A stretch of 64,000 bases of DNA from Eledone cirrhosa (Eukaryota). The translations under genes and the position numbers were made by a program. The notes below the pieces were generated by a model, which saw nothing but the letters and a program-made list of their open reading frames with translations, had not been told where the DNA came from and ran no database searches. Positions 1-15,674 of the stretch are shown here, in pieces; position 1 is the stretch's first letter; every line of letters starts with the position of its first letter. The stretch is taken from the NCBI GenBank assembly GCA_964016885.1, contig OZ024758.1:21142001-21206000 (forward strand), written 5' to 3'.

Positions 1-2025
<2,025 letters not shown>

Positions 2026-2077
2026 ACAAATTTGTATACTATTTGACGAAAGTCGACCGTTCCTTTATATATATATG

Positions 2078-2109
<32 letters not shown>

Positions 2110-2332
2110 GGGGGGGGGGGCATGTTATGATTCTATATATTCTTATGTGTATGTATATATAAATATAATGTGTGTGTTTTGGTTACAGGTTATAGTTCTG
2201 CATATACTTGTGTGTGTATATATATATGTGTATAGAAGTATGCAGTGAAGTACATGCGTGTATATATGTATATATGTATCTATGTGTGTTTTGGTTATAT
2301 GATATGGTTCTGCGTGTGCTTGTGTGTATATG

Positions 2333-2409
<77 letters not shown>

Positions 2410-2733
2410 TGAGTTAATGCGTGTGTGAAAGTCCACTTTGTTTATTCATATGCGTGAATTTACATTGAATACGGAAACCATTCAAATCTAATTACATCCT
2501 GATGTAATACTTAATTAGCCTGCATAGCCTCAATGAAAATTTATCATCATCAGGTTTAAAATATGTATTCCCTTAATGCTTAAAGTATACATACGGATCA
2601 TACACATAAGTAGAATGAAGTGAATGAACTACGACCCGAATCAACTTTTCAAACTGAATTCCTTCGATAGATAGCACCGATCACTGCTGCATTTATTACG
2701 CCATTCCCATTCTCAATATTTGCTAACACTGAT

Positions 2734-3260
2734 CGCGGTGAATTGACAGTATCAGTAGAGTGTCAGACATCATACTTTGTAGCAGAGTGTTTTAGACCTT
2801 TTCATTCTAAGTTGAAATCTCACCGAGGTTAACTTTGCCTTTCATCCTTACGGGGTCGATACAATAATGTACCAGTAATGCACTGGGGTAATTGCTGGCC
2901 GTGTGCCAAAAGTAGAAACACATATTTACTAACAGTTTTAGTGGATTGACAGTATTTGTAGAGTGTCAGACACCAGACTTTGTAGCATAGAGTTATGGCC
3001 CTTTACATCCAAATCGCACCGAAGTTAGCTTTGCCTCTCGTCCTTACGATGTCGATAAAATATAGTAACACAAATGAGGTCGATTTTTATCGGTTTTCTC
3101 CTCCCCCTTGAAATTGCCGGCCTTGTGCTTAAATTAGAAAGAATTATGAAGATGATGTTAGGGCGGTGAATTGGAAGAATCGGCAGAGTGTCGGACACTT
3201 TGCTTTGCGGCATAAAATTAGGGTTTTTACGTTCTGAGTTTGAATCCCACCGAGTATAGC
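2734..3260 (+). mobile_element. Three tandem diverged tRNA-derived SINE copies (last one partial)
   Basis: A-box-like ttgacagtatcagtaga, B-box-like gagtttgaatccc, central gcctttcatccttacggggtcgat motif, 3' gctggccttgtgcc. Confidence 0.8.
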
Positions 3261-5072
3261 TATGTATATTCCCAAAATTACCCATTATATGACCATCACC
3301 CTTTAATATTTGTCAGGAAACAATTCTGTTTTCCGTTAAATCTGATGAATTTGAATGATAAATTACGTTGGTACTCATGCACTAAATATTCAACAAGAGT
3401 TTGTATTTGTTTTTTGTATTACTTACATTACTAGTATGTCATGATTAGAATTTTAAAATAAAATGTTGAGAAGACAAAAGTCTTGTAAGAACTCCCTTTT
3501 GAATCTTCATTGTATAATTTTATTTATATCGAATTGAAGGCTATATGTATATAGATTCTAAAAGCGTTAATTATAGCTGGGAGGTAGCTTTGAATAAGTT
3601 AAGTGGATTTTTTTTTCATTTCTCTGAGTTTATAATGAAGAAGAACATACAATAAGAAGACTATATAAGAATATACAATAAGAAGACTATATAAGAATAT
3701 AAAATAAGAAGACTATACAAGAATAAACAATCAAAGTATGAGGACAGTTGAAACGACTGCAAAGGTAAATACCTACATAAACTACAAATAAATAAGGAAA
3801 AATAAATCATACAATTATAAAAAGACAAATATAAAGAAAATACCTAAAATTCCTTTTTTGATGAAAGTTTCTATCGAGAAATCTTTACTGCCGGCAGTGT
3901 CTTCGACAAAAACACATTCATTATAAACAATGCGATAAACATCTTCAAGTACAAAATTGCCAATAATAACAGCCAGCATATTCAATAAAACAATGAAATC
4001 AATAATACTAAAGGTTATAATACTACTAATAATAATAAGCGACCAGCCTGGCACAATTGTAAGAAAGAAAATATACCAAAGGCAAATAGTGAAGACAGAT
4101 TTTAGGGTAGAATCGAGAAACGTTTACTGAATATTGGTCTTCGATAAGAAACGAATTAAGCATACACAATGATTTAAATCGCTTCACAAACAACTTGCCT
4201 CCAGTGAAAAGGTGTCCCGGAAATAAATTTAGTTATCAATTGTGTTTTTCCATCTCTTGGAAAATTTTCAATTTTTATTGTTGCTTAGTTTCTATTGCGT
4301 TCATTAGATTATTTGCTAATTTGCGGTTTTATGTTCCATTTCCTTTTATTTTATAGATTTTGATTTAATATTTCTTTGAGTCATTCCCTTGAAGTTAAGT
4401 AAAACTATCGATGAGAAGAAGGAGCAGAAGAAAGAAGAAAAAACTACGAAATATATTTTCTTCTTACCTTTGTAGTTCTTCTCAGTATAATTTTTTTTTT
4501 TAAAGAGTATCTATCACCTTTAGATATTTTTGGAGTTTGGATTCTTACTGTAAATGTGATTTAGCATAAATGTATTTTTTCATATGCGTGAATATAACCC
4601 GAGGTTATGTATTTCAAACGACACCATCATGTACAAGACCTCGTCACGCAAAAACACTCTTAATAGGCTATATTGGTATGGTGTTGTACTTTTAGCCGAA
4701 CGAATGAGTGTTCGTGTTTCATCATATCTGATACAAGGAAACAATGGCCATTATGCATAAATCTCGCTACTGTTGCAGAATTTCCTAGCCAAACTGTGTA
4801 ATCTGTATAACAAATTTAAATAAACATTACCTTTGTATTGTTGAACTAAAAACGCAACTGTATTACACATCTGATGAAGATGCGTTAAATATGGTTAGGC
4901 TTATATAAATACACAATCTGAAGGGCTAAGGCTTTCATAAATGATAATCCTTAGTCAACTGTTTATTGAATCAGAAATGTGTATAATATATATTTACACA
5001 CACACACAAATATATATATATATATATATATATCAAGTAGGAATATTTTCGAAACAGCGCGCGAGCCTGAAA

Positions 5073-5276
5073 TTATTATAAATGTAAGCTATCGCCGCAA
5101 ATTATTTAGCCTGATAGTGGGGTTAAGAACCCTCGGAAAATGGGAAAATATGATGTACGTCACATGTACGTCAATACTCATTTTTTCCATTTCTCCGAGG
5201 GTTCTTAACCCCACTATCAGGCTAAATAATTTCTTTAATTTCTGTAGTCAAAATGCGGCGATAGCTTACATTTATA

Positions 5277-5280
<4 letters not shown>
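5073..5280. repeat. Fold-back inverted repeat between (TA)n tracts
   Basis: tataaatgtaagctatcgccgca..attatttagcctgatagtggggttaagaaccctcgga pairs with tccgagggttcttaaccccactatcaggctaaataat..tgcggcgatagcttacatttata; related single arm at 5505-5570. Confidence 0.85.
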
Positions 5281-5308
<28 letters not shown>

Positions 5309-5473
5309 TATATTATATATATATATGTATATATATTCAATTTATTCAGCCTATATATTAAGCCGTATTACCCTGAATATTTGCCTGTTTATTACAGGGT
5401 TATCATTCTGAATATTAAAAATCCACTTTGAAATTTGAGCAACCTTTCCTCGCAGCCGACAACAATGTACGGA

Positions 5474-5505
<32 letters not shown>

Positions 5506-5757
5506 CTTTTAGTCTGATAATGGGGTTTAGAACTCTCACATAAATGGAAAGAGATAAGTAGTGATGTACATGGGAGGCGAACCAACATCTTTGGTTATCC
5601 GGACCACTGTGCTACCATTACACCAACACATCACCCATCCCTTCCATTCAAATTAGAAGATACATTCTCAGCGAGTATAAATGACAAGTAAGTATGTTTT
5701 GAAACAGTGAGAAGGTTTGAAATTAGAAATAGAATAGCTTTCACCATATGTTTGACT

Positions 5758-6650
5758 AAATATAGGTAATATAGGGTGGTGTCCAATATAGAGGTAACAT
5801 AGGATGATGTCTATTATAGCGGTAGTATAGGGTGGTGTATATTATAGAGGTAACATAAGGTAGTGTCCATTATAGAGGTTATATAAGGTGGTGTCTAATA
5901 TAGAGGAAATATAGGGTGGTGTCCAATATAGGGGGAACATAGGATGGTGTCTATTATAGAGGTAACATAGGGCGGTGTCTAATATAGAGGTAACATAGGG
6001 CGGTGTCTAATATAGAGGTAACATAGGATGGTTTCCAATATAGAGATAATATAGGGTGGTGTCCATTATAGAGGTAATATAGGGTGGTGTCTATTATAGA
6101 GGTAATATAGGGTGGTGTCTATTATAGAGGTAATATAGGGTGGTGTCTATTATAGAGGTAATATAGGGTGGTGTCTATTATAGAGGTAACATAGGCTGGT
6201 ATCCATTATAGAGGTAATATAGGGTGGTGTCTATTATAGAGGTAATACAGGGTGGTGTCCATTATAGAGGTAATATAGGGTGGTGTCTATTATAGAGGTA
6301 ATATAGGGTGGTGTCTATTATAGAGGTAACATAGGCTGGTATCCATTATAGAGGTAATATAGTGTGGTGTCTAATATAGATGTAACATAGGGTGGTATTT
6401 ATTACACAGGTAATATAGGGTGGTGTCCATTATAGAGGTAACATAGGATGGTGTCCAATATAGAGGTAACATCGGGTGGTGTCCATTATAGAGTAACATA
6501 GGGTGGTGTTCAATATAGATATAACATAGGGTGGTATTATTACACAGGTAATATAGGGCGGTGTCCATTATAGAGGTAACATAGGATGGTGTCTATTATA
6601 GAGGTAATATAGGGTGGTGTCCAATATATAGGTAACATAGGGTGGTGTCT
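5758..6650. repeat. 28-bp minisatellite, about 32 units
   Basis: Unit atagggtggtgtctattatagaggtaat; period 28 (e.g. 6081, 6109). Confidence 0.95.
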
Positions 6651-7524
6651 TATGAGTTCTTCCACCCTTTGCCGAGTCACTCTTGAGTGCTACTGGTAAC
6701 ATGTAACCCAGTACAACCTGTCGCATGGTCGGGTTGTCGGCGATTAAAACGGCAACCCCACCAAGTTTATTTGGTGAGGAGGGGGATTTGGACACCCTGT
6801 AGGACAACATACATACATACAAGTACAATCCATTAATTGAATAGTAAAATTATATAAGACATTCCAAATATTTTGCATCTAATAACTGCATATACACATA
6901 TACAGATGCAAAGTATATACACATGCACACATACAACTCAAAACATACACATCCACACATACAATAACATCCATATCTACACATGCATGTCTACATACAT
7001 ATCTACCTAGTTGATGTTGTGTAAATTCCAATGAGAGAGTCTTGTATCTATGTTAGAAACCGACTCTCTCTATTGGCAAAAATTTGTGAAATAATAGAAC
7101 CAGAAGAACATACATACATACATATGTGCCAGTGTGCGTGTGAAAAATAGGTGTTGCATCTTCTTATATGCCAGTCTTCACGCAAGTAAAGAACATCTCG
7201 CTTATACGAGTACTTCTTACTATTTGACCGAAATTTGGTAAACTGGTACAGGCTGTCATTTAGGAATGTAGAACGGTTATTATCCTTCTATAGGAATTCT
7301 TCAGTCAATCGTTGTTGTCACTCTATAGAGAAACACTCTCTTTGATAAACATCACAGTTAAAAAGTAAGTTAATTTAAATACATTATCCTTTTACGAAAA
7401 AAAACTTAATCGATATGTTTTCAGTGTCCTAATAATCGTTATTATAATATTAATATTGAAATAACAATTCTTTATCTTTTGTCTATTTTTTTAAAATAAA
7501 GTTCGTCTTTATTTCTACCTAAAT

Positions 7525-7710
7525 AATTGTTTCTACTTTAGGCACAAGGCCAGCAATTATCCAGTGCATTACTGGTACTTTATTTTATCGACCCCGTAAG
7601 GATGAAAGGCAAAGTCAACCTCGGCGGGATTTGAACTCAGATCGTAAAGGGACGTAACTATGCTGGAAAGCATGGCGTCCGACCCTCTACCGATACTGCC
7701 AATCCACACC
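7525..7710 (-). mobile_element. tRNA-derived SINE, near full length
   Basis: Reverse complement of family consensus with A box TGGCAGTATCGG and B box GAGTTCAAATCC. Confidence 0.9.
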
Positions 7711-7905
7711 TAAATAATGGTATAAATTTACAGTAGAATAACATTGCAAATATGTTTAGTCAAAAATACGGTGAAAGCTATTCTATTTCTAATTTCAAAC
7801 CTGCTCACTGTTTCAAAACATACTTACATATATATATATATAAATATATGTATACACACACACACATATATATATGAACTGCAGAATACTCTTAATTCCG
7901 ATCTT

Positions 7906-7956
<51 letters not shown>

Positions 7957-8150
7957 TTGTATATATGTATATATATATAGATCTTTGTATATATGTATAT
8001 ATATATAGATCTTTGTATATATCTTTGTATATATGTATATATGATCTTTGTATATATATATATCTTTGTATATATGTATATATGATCTTTGTATATATCT
8101 TTGTATATATGTATATATGATCTTTGTATATATAAATATATATATATATA

Positions 8151-8498
8151 TATTAATAAGAGGAATTCCAACTTTGTCTGATTTACTCGTTTTATTTACA
8201 ATCCTTTAAATTATATATAATGGTATTATAATGAAATAGTATGATAGAATATAAAATTCTAAATGTGGTGACAGTCGAGTTTGCAATTTTCAACTGTTTC
8301 ACAGTTGAACATTGCAAACTCGACTGTCACCACATATCATGAACCTGAAGATTGCGAAAGCATGAAAGTACTTGTTCAATTAACACTTAGAATTTAATAT
8401 TCTATCATACTATTTCATTATAATACCATTATATATAATTTAAAGGATTGTAAATAAAACGAGTAAATGAGACAAAGTTGGAATTCCTCTTATTAATA
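8151..8498 (+). mobile_element. PLE-like fold-back cassette: inverted tail, hairpin, HHR, tail
   Basis: 8151-8262 is the reverse complement of ~8387-8498; inner hairpin 8263-8335; HHR 8340-8378 lies on one side only. Confidence 0.75.
8340..8378 (+). ncRNA. Very compact type-I hammerhead ribozyme (39 nt)
   Basis: tgaac-CTGAAGA-t-tgc-gaaa-gca-t-GAAA-gtac-TT-gttca; helix I tgaac/gttca, GAAA tetraloop on helix II, palindromic helix III AGUACU. Confidence 0.8.
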
Positions 8499-8583
8499 TA
8501 ATCTTCTATAAACAATCATACACACCCGTGTATATTTACCTATCTATATCTATATATATATATATATATGTGTGTGTGTGAAT

Positions 8584-8809
8584 ATAGTAATAATAATAAA
8601 TATGAAGAATAAAATCCCTAGAGGGTTCGATAAGGATGAATGTATATCAAATATATAAGAACCATAGACTAAATATTTATTAAAATGGCGAATTAAAGTT
8701 TAAGCAAAGAATCGCTGCTTTCACCCTTAACGGGATCTTTTGAAACTAAAGTAAAAATCAATTGATTTTTTTTTTTATTTCAGAAGATCCCATTAACGGT
8801 GATATCAGC

Positions 8810-8844
<35 letters not shown>

Positions 8845-8939
8845 TAAAATTGAATCTGTTATTTTAATATATATTAAAATTATTAATTCTGTTATTAATC
8901 TGGCAATATTATTACACAAATATGACCCTCCCCAAGTAT

Positions 8940-8983
<44 letters not shown>

Positions 8984-9692
8984 TAAAAAAAAACGAAATA
9001 TCAGTGATGCATCTGAACTCGGTTTATTGCGTGTTACAATTGTTTCGCCGGCAGGTAGATCGAGACATGATCACTGTATGGATCAGGCTGATTCTACGGG
9101 TGCAGGTTCCTTCGGACACGGGTAGTTCGTTTGAAGCAAATGTTCTCACTGGGAGAAAATTTGTTAGAAAATTTGTTAGAAAATTTGCTCCGAACGAACT
9201 ACCGGTCTCCGAAGTAACCTGCAGCCTTAGAATCAGCCAGATCCATACAGTGATCATGTCTCGAACTACCTGCCGGCGAAACAATTGTAACACGCAATAA
9301 ACCGAGTTCAGGATGCATCAGTGATATTTCGTTTTTTGTTTTATATATATTGTTATACTTGGGGAGGGTCATATTTGTGTAATAATATTGCCAGAATTAA
9401 TAACACAATTAATAATTTTAATATATATATATATTAAAATAACAGATTAAAGTTTAAGCAAAAATCGCTGCTATCACCGTTAACGGGATCTTCTGAAATA
9501 AAAAAAAAAATCAATTGATTTTTACTTTAGTTTCAGAAGATCCCGTTAAGGGTGAAAGCAGCGATTCTTTCCTTAAACTTTAATTCGTTATTTTAATAAA
9601 TATTTGGTCTATGGTTCTTATAATATGATATATATTCATCCTTATCGAACCCTATACGGATTTTTGTCTTCACATTTATTATTATTACTATA
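8584..9692. repeat. ~1.1-kb nested imperfect palindrome built from three repeat-family ends
   Basis: 8584-9140 is the reverse complement of ~9183-9692; each arm has its own hairpin (~8689-8876, ~9433-9596). Confidence 0.9.
9529..9579 (+). ncRNA. HHR-like motif with variant core CAGAAGA (family B)
   Basis: agttt-CAGAAGA-t-ccc-gttaa-ggg-t-GAAA-gca..(t[g/c]ct)-T-aaact; the left-arm copy (8698-8747, minus) retains helix III agca/tgct. Confidence 0.55.
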
Positions 9693-9792
9693 TATATACA
9701 CACACAGATCCACACACTCTACTCTCTATGAATATTGACTGCTAATTTTGGCATACCGCCTATGGAAGCACCATAGCTACAATTATACACAA

Positions 9793-9865
<73 letters not shown>

Positions 9866-9898
9866 CAAATAGAAACTATATTCATAAAACAATATTTA

Positions 9899-9959
9899 TT
9901 TCATTATACATATTTCAAGGACACAAAGTTAAATTACGGTGTGCTTTCATAAGATAAAA
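9899..9959 (-). ncRNA. Degenerate HHR (family E) within repeat 9862-10033
   Basis: Minus strand: ttttat-CTTATGA-aagcacac..gtgtcctt-GAAA-tatgta-TA-atgaaa; paralog at 18658-18718. Confidence 0.6.
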
Positions 9960-11075
9960 TATAATATAGAGCAGTTTTATAAATAAATATTGACATACCC
10001 TTAAAGAATGCGACCATTTCTGTTGGAAGCTCCCGGATAGTGGGGTTATAAATTTATTTATAATATTATGTATGTAAACATGCAATATCAGTAGGTAACA
10101 AAGAATTGTGGGAATACTCAAAAAAACACAACGTGGCCTCCTTTACATACGTAGTGTTACATCAACTATGGAGGAATAACCACTCCGTATAAAAGCTTTG
10201 CTAACATGTGCTCCCTTTGTTCAAATTATCTAGTTAATCATATCATAAAACGCTGTCATACCGACCAACACGTCCTCCATAACATGCATCCATCTTTATT
10301 CCATTTTTATTTTATTTAAAGAAGCGTATGTATATTTCGAAATCTAAATAAAAGCAGCGACCTCATACAATTCCGTTTATTAACATTAATAAAAGATAAT
10401 ACTTCAAAATATTGAACATGTTTTTCTGGATAAAAATTTCTGGAAACAAAATATTTTGCAGATTTTGCACAAATGAGAGTTTTGAAATTATTTTAGGCAA
10501 AACTCGAGTTCCGTAGATCTAAGAATACATTTCCGCAAAATATAATATTCAAAACTTCTTCACATTTCAACCAAGCACATTCCATATTAAATAATCTTAT
10601 ACTATATATATGTATCATCGCTTGTCATATGTATCTAGTTGAAACACAACGTCACTGATTTTTAACAGAAAAGCTGATCATATTAGGTTATTCTATAGTT
10701 GCAGAACATATCTCAATCGTTTTGGCATTAAATCACGTAAATCTGTATATCTATTCAAAGCTTGTAGCCATGGTTGCAGGGATATAAAACACTTATCTGG
10801 ATCATATGTTGAATTTCAGACCCCCTGTATTAGTTCAAATATCTGAAACGTTTTATGCTGGCTCTCGTGCTGCTTAATATTTTGCTTGTCTGACTGACCA
10901 CAATCTTTTATCAAAGAAGAGAACTAAAGCATCTGTCACTCTAAAAATTGCAACTGAAACAAATACCTGTCCTATATCTTAGAGAATAGTTCATGGAATA
11001 TATTTCTTTGACATCTGTTCTCACTCTGGCTCCTTCGCTCTGTCTCTTACGCCCCCTGTTATCTAATATTACTGC

Positions 11076-11155
<80 letters not shown>

Positions 11156-11222
11156 TTTGTCCCGGGTTTAATCGGGCGTAACCACAGTGTGTAAGGTTCT
11201 CAATACAAAGCAGCGTAAAATA

Positions 11223-11333
11223 TTTAATATATAAATGGCTTCTGCAGGACTAGAACTATTTAATTCAGGAGAAATCATTGGGAATCCGGAATGAAACATT
11301 TCTAGACCTGTAGAAGCCATTTCTATATTAAAA
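11223..11333. repeat. Short fold-back inverted repeat
   Basis: tttaatatataaatggcttctgcaggactagaa / ttctagacctgtagaagccatttctatattaaa. Confidence 0.75.
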
Positions 11334-11344
11334 TGATATATATA

Positions 11345-11940
11345 TACTTTAAGTCCTGGTATCGGTTAATTTTCTCCTTCTCCTTTTCTTCCACTCTCGT
11401 GTCAAATGGGCAGGCTACATCTACAATCAGGCACGATCTTTTTTCCTTGTCCAAAACCACCAGGTCAGGCCAATTGTGTTCCAGTTTCTTGTCCGTCTGT
11501 ATCCTAACATCCCATACCACCTTCACCTGATCGTTTTCTATCACCGACTCTGGCCTATGCTCATACCACTTCTCAGAATGTGGTAAATGTCTCCAATCCT
11601 TATAGTGAGTCTGGACTAGGTGTTTACACTCGGATAAAATGTGAGCCACAGTCTCCTCTCTCTCTCACCACATATCCTACACAGTGGGAAACCTCCTCCT
11701 TGTAAACCTCCTCCTTGTAAATATGGTGTTTCACCCACTTGCGCAGCCATTATCATTCCTTCTGTAGCCTTTTTAAGGTTTCTTCTTTTTAACCAGTTCC
11801 TTGTCTGTGGATCCCTAAAGAAGGTACTCTGAAAGGATTTTTCATGAAGGTTGCTCTTCCTCCTTGTTGTTATTTCCTCCTTGGACATCCCCTGGTTTAT
11901 TGCCCTCTCCTGCAGTACAATTCTGAGCATTGTAAAGATG
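11345..11940 (-). mobile_element. R4/Dong-like non-LTR retrotransposon fragment (zinc knuckle plus restriction-like endonuclease), frameshifted
   Basis: WLKRRNLKKATEGMIMAAQ..CRICGE..HILSEC..WYEHRPESVIEND..VVWDVRIQTD..PDLVVLDK..IVDVACPFD motifs typical of R4-clade C-termini. Confidence 0.85.
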
Positions 11941-12849
11941 TTGTTTGATCATGGGAAGGATGGAGGTGAAGAGTATTCTTGACATATCCTGGGAATGACG
12001 ATGATGGGGGGGAAGTAAGAGCACTGGGGGGAGGGGGCATATGACGAGTGGCGGGTGAAAAGGAAAAGGGACACAGAGTTTTAAACGGGGTGGAGAAGTG
12101 CAGGAGGGGACAAGGAGGTGGAGGAGGGAGAGACGGGTGTTGGATAGCAGGAGGGGGGGGGGGAAAGATGAACGAGGAGAAGGAAGCGAGAGGTGGTTGA
12201 AGAGAGGAATGGTGGTAGTGATGAAAGAGGAGGGGATAGGATTATATAGATGATGATGATGATGATGATGATATAGAGGATGATGATGATGATTGTATAA
12301 GGACTATGACGTTGATTAGTATGGTTTTGTAACGATATAGTTACTTATAAGATCGCTGAAAGATTATAACAAAGTGATGGAAATGTGAGTGAATCGAAGA
12401 TAAATAAGATTTTCTATGGATGCAAACATTATAATTCAAAACTTTAGTCGCTTATAGAAAGGAAACTACTCTATTTTCGAGCGTAGTCTATTTTCGGTTA
12501 TTCATTATATTTATATTGTATTCATTGGGGACGAATTCAATTATTTAGAATGAAAGGAATCAAGATTAGATATCGAGATACTGTACTGTTTTCTAAAATT
12601 CATTACAGATTTGTAAAACTAGTTTGTAAAATGTAACCCACCAGTTGAAATAAACTGGTTTAGTGTGTAAGTTGTACCATTCGGATTCCATGTAATGGAT
12701 ATTACATGCATCGAGGGCACTCCATTTTGTAGGAGAGAAAGAAACTTAATGAAACAGAAGAATTGAACTCAGATTTCGCTATTTAGAAATTATATAGATC
12801 TTACCACTGCTTGATGTGTAAGTAAGGCGGCGAATTGGCAGTCATTATA

Positions 12850-13435
12850 CTTGTTTCTACTTTTGGCACAAGGCCAGCAATTATCTCAGTGTATTACTGG
12901 AACTTTATTTTATCGACCCCGTAAGGATGGAAGGCAAACTTAAACTCGACTGGATTTGAACTCAGACCATAAAGGGCCGTAACCTTTTGTTGCGATGCAT
13001 GGCGTCCGACCCTCTACCAATACTGCCAATTCACTGCCAGAGTCATTATAATTGTTTCTACTATTGGCACAGGGCCAGAAATTACCCAGTGCATTACTGG
13101 TACTTTATTTTATCGACCCCGTAAGGATGAAAGGCAGAGTTAACCTCGGCGGGATTTGAACTCAGAATGGCAAGGGCCGTAACTCTATGCGTCAAAGCAT
13201 GGCGTCCGACCCTCTACCGATACTGCCAATCCACCGCCCATTATAATTGTTTCTACTTTAGGCACAAGGCCAGCAATTACCAAGTGTATTACTGGTACTT
13301 TATTTTATCGACCCCGTAAGGATGAACGGCAAAGTAAACCTCGGCGGGATTTGAACTCAGACTGTAAAGGGACGTAACTATGCTGGAAGGCATGGCGTCC
13401 GACACTCTACCGATACTGCCAATCCACCGCCCATT
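12850..13435 (-). mobile_element. Three head-to-tail tRNA-derived SINE copies
   Basis: Units of ~195 bp at ~12850, ~13050, ~13245 joined by cattataattg. Confidence 0.9.
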
Positions 13436-13479
13436 ATAATGTCTGATAGAATGCTCCATGGTGTTCATTCCGGCTCTCT

Positions 13480-13570
13480 GCTCACCGAGTTCAAATCCCA
13501 CCGAGGTCAACTTTGCCTTTCATACATTCGAGGTCGGCAATAAAGCACCAGTCTAGTACTGGAGTCGATT
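13480..13570 (+). mobile_element. Partial SINE
   Basis: gagttcaaatcccaccgaggtcaactttgcctttcat. Confidence 0.7.
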
Positions 13571-14251
13571 CTTCCTCTATATCTCTCTCTCACTTTCCCT
13601 CTCTCACTTTCTATCTTTCTCTGGATAAAATATCCTGTACTAAGGCCTGCCAGGGTCCATACTTCCTTTATACCTCTTTATCACTCACTCTCTCTCTCAC
13701 TTTATATCTTTCTCTGGAAGAAATCTGCTGTACTCAACCCTGAACAATGATGTGCTCCACCAGGCTTCAAATGCCCAAGCAACGCTGTATGTTAATACGG
13801 CGCACCTACGACTCCAACAGGAGTTAATAGACCATACTATACAATACTGTTTAAGTAGGCCTCTTTTGAAAACACCTACTGCTAGGTTTTATGCTACTGC
13901 GCTGTACATTCAATATGTTTACACTGCTATAACAATTGTGAGGCCAGATTTCTGTCACTGACATTTGCTGAGTAGAATCTGGCCTCATGTTATTACAAGT
14001 CTTTAGTGTTGTGTCGCATATAGTATTATATAACGTTTCGGACCGTTTACAATCTTCGTTGTCATCTAATAATTATTCAATTTTCTTTGTCTATACATAA
14101 CATATATCGGTTAATGCTTTTACTAGATTAGTGTTTTCATGTTAGAGTCGTCAAGGTTATATTTTTATGTTTATACGTTTCACAAAGTTGTTATTAAAAT
14201 AAAATGTTTAACTGTACCATGAAATTATGATTATTATTATTATCACTGTTA

Positions 14252-14440
14252 TGCGGTGGATTGGCAGTATTGGTAGAGGGTCGAACGCCATGCTTTGACG
14301 CATAGAGTTACGGTCCTTGCCATTCTGAGTTCAAATCCCGCCGAGGTTTACTTTGCCTTTCATCCTTACGGGGTCGATAAAATATAGTACCAGTAATGCA
14401 CTGGGTAATTGCTGGCCTTGTGCCAAAAGTAAAAACAATT
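14252..14440 (+). mobile_element. tRNA-derived SINE with target-site duplication
   Basis: Full consensus match; attattattatcact on both sides (~14233 and ~14438). Confidence 0.9.
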
Positions 14441-15674
14441 ATTATTATCACTATTCCTTTTGTATTTGTTTTGGATTTTTTGTTGGTTTTTTTATCAATG
14501 TCGGCCGACGAAATTAATTACAATGGAATGAACACGTATTTAATTTCGCAATAAACATTAGCACTATAATTTACTAAATAGAACTTGATTTACATCTATG
14601 ATTTTATAGCAACTATTTGAATAGAGTAACATATATGTAAATCGATTAATAATGTGTAAGTTCTTTATCTTCACGTTTAATGATAAATGATATATTACCA
14701 CACTTTAAACAGAGAAATCTCACTATAACTCATCAAACGTAACATACTAATTTGATGACGTGTTCTTGATCAATCATCCAATGCTTTTCTGTCTCGTTTC
14801 ACATTTTAATATGTATGATATTTTACAAGAAGTGTAACTGTGTGTAATACAGCATTTAGGACAAATATATAATAGACATCTTATGACCCTCTTAAAACAG
14901 TGTTCTGATAGTATTGTAAGGAGATATTAGCTAACAAAGTTTTGCTGTGACTACTTAAACAAAATTTGAATGTCTACCATGTTACCACGAGCGTTCGGAA
15001 TTCTATTAACCAATGTTAATATATACAGGGTTATTTAAACTACTTATAATACATTTTGAGAACATGCTCTTTGATTCAAACCATTTGTAGATTCCATATA
15101 GTTAACCTAATGGCTGTAGTTCATATCTTACTGAAGGCACTGCTAACTGGCCGAGTCAATATAGACAAAATCTAATGGTGTATAGTCCAGATGTAAGTAG
15201 GAAAATGAATGCAAATTTGATGCAGAAAACTTTTTTCGCTTAAATGAGCATTCCTTCCACTTTGATTTGGCGCTCATCCGCTTCATGATTCAATGATTCC
15301 TAAGTGTTTCGGATACGATAGTCGTAACCTACTTGAATAATTGCAATTCGAATAATATAATTGATCTATTTTGTGGTATATGGAAAATAAGGATATATAT
15401 AGAATTTTTATATTGAAAATATACAGATATCATAAACGTGTTATGAAATCATTCAATTTAAATTAAATCACCCATACATACGCGCATACATATTCGTATG
15501 TACGTAGATACGCATGTATGTACTCCTCTATGTATGTATGTATGTTAACATGTATGTATATATGCATGTATGTATTTATACATGTAGGTATGTATAAATG
15601 CATATATATGTATCTATATTTGTTTGTTTGTACGTATGTAAGTATCTCTCTATATATATATCTGTCTTGTTTGA

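Noticed and set aside
3860-4600. Possible decayed PLE N-terminal ORF on the minus strand (LNL..KGLNYC-like trace near 4165-4235)
   Set aside because: Needs several frameshifts and substitutions; not supportable without alignment
4867-5070. HHR from CTGATGA at 4871 and GAAA at 5051 (also weak motifs at 5647-5721 and 14030-14065)
   Set aside because: Boxes are far apart or mutated, without convincing helices II and III
5758-6650. G-quadruplex or telomere-like array
   Set aside because: One GGG run per 28-bp unit and no TTAGGG; an ordinary minisatellite
6655-6805. GGVAVLI motif suggesting an APE endonuclease fragment
   Set aside because: Single short motif with no other APE motifs nearby
9004-9300. 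Two similar ORFs on opposite strands
   Set aside because: Consequence of the palindrome; no recognisable protein motif
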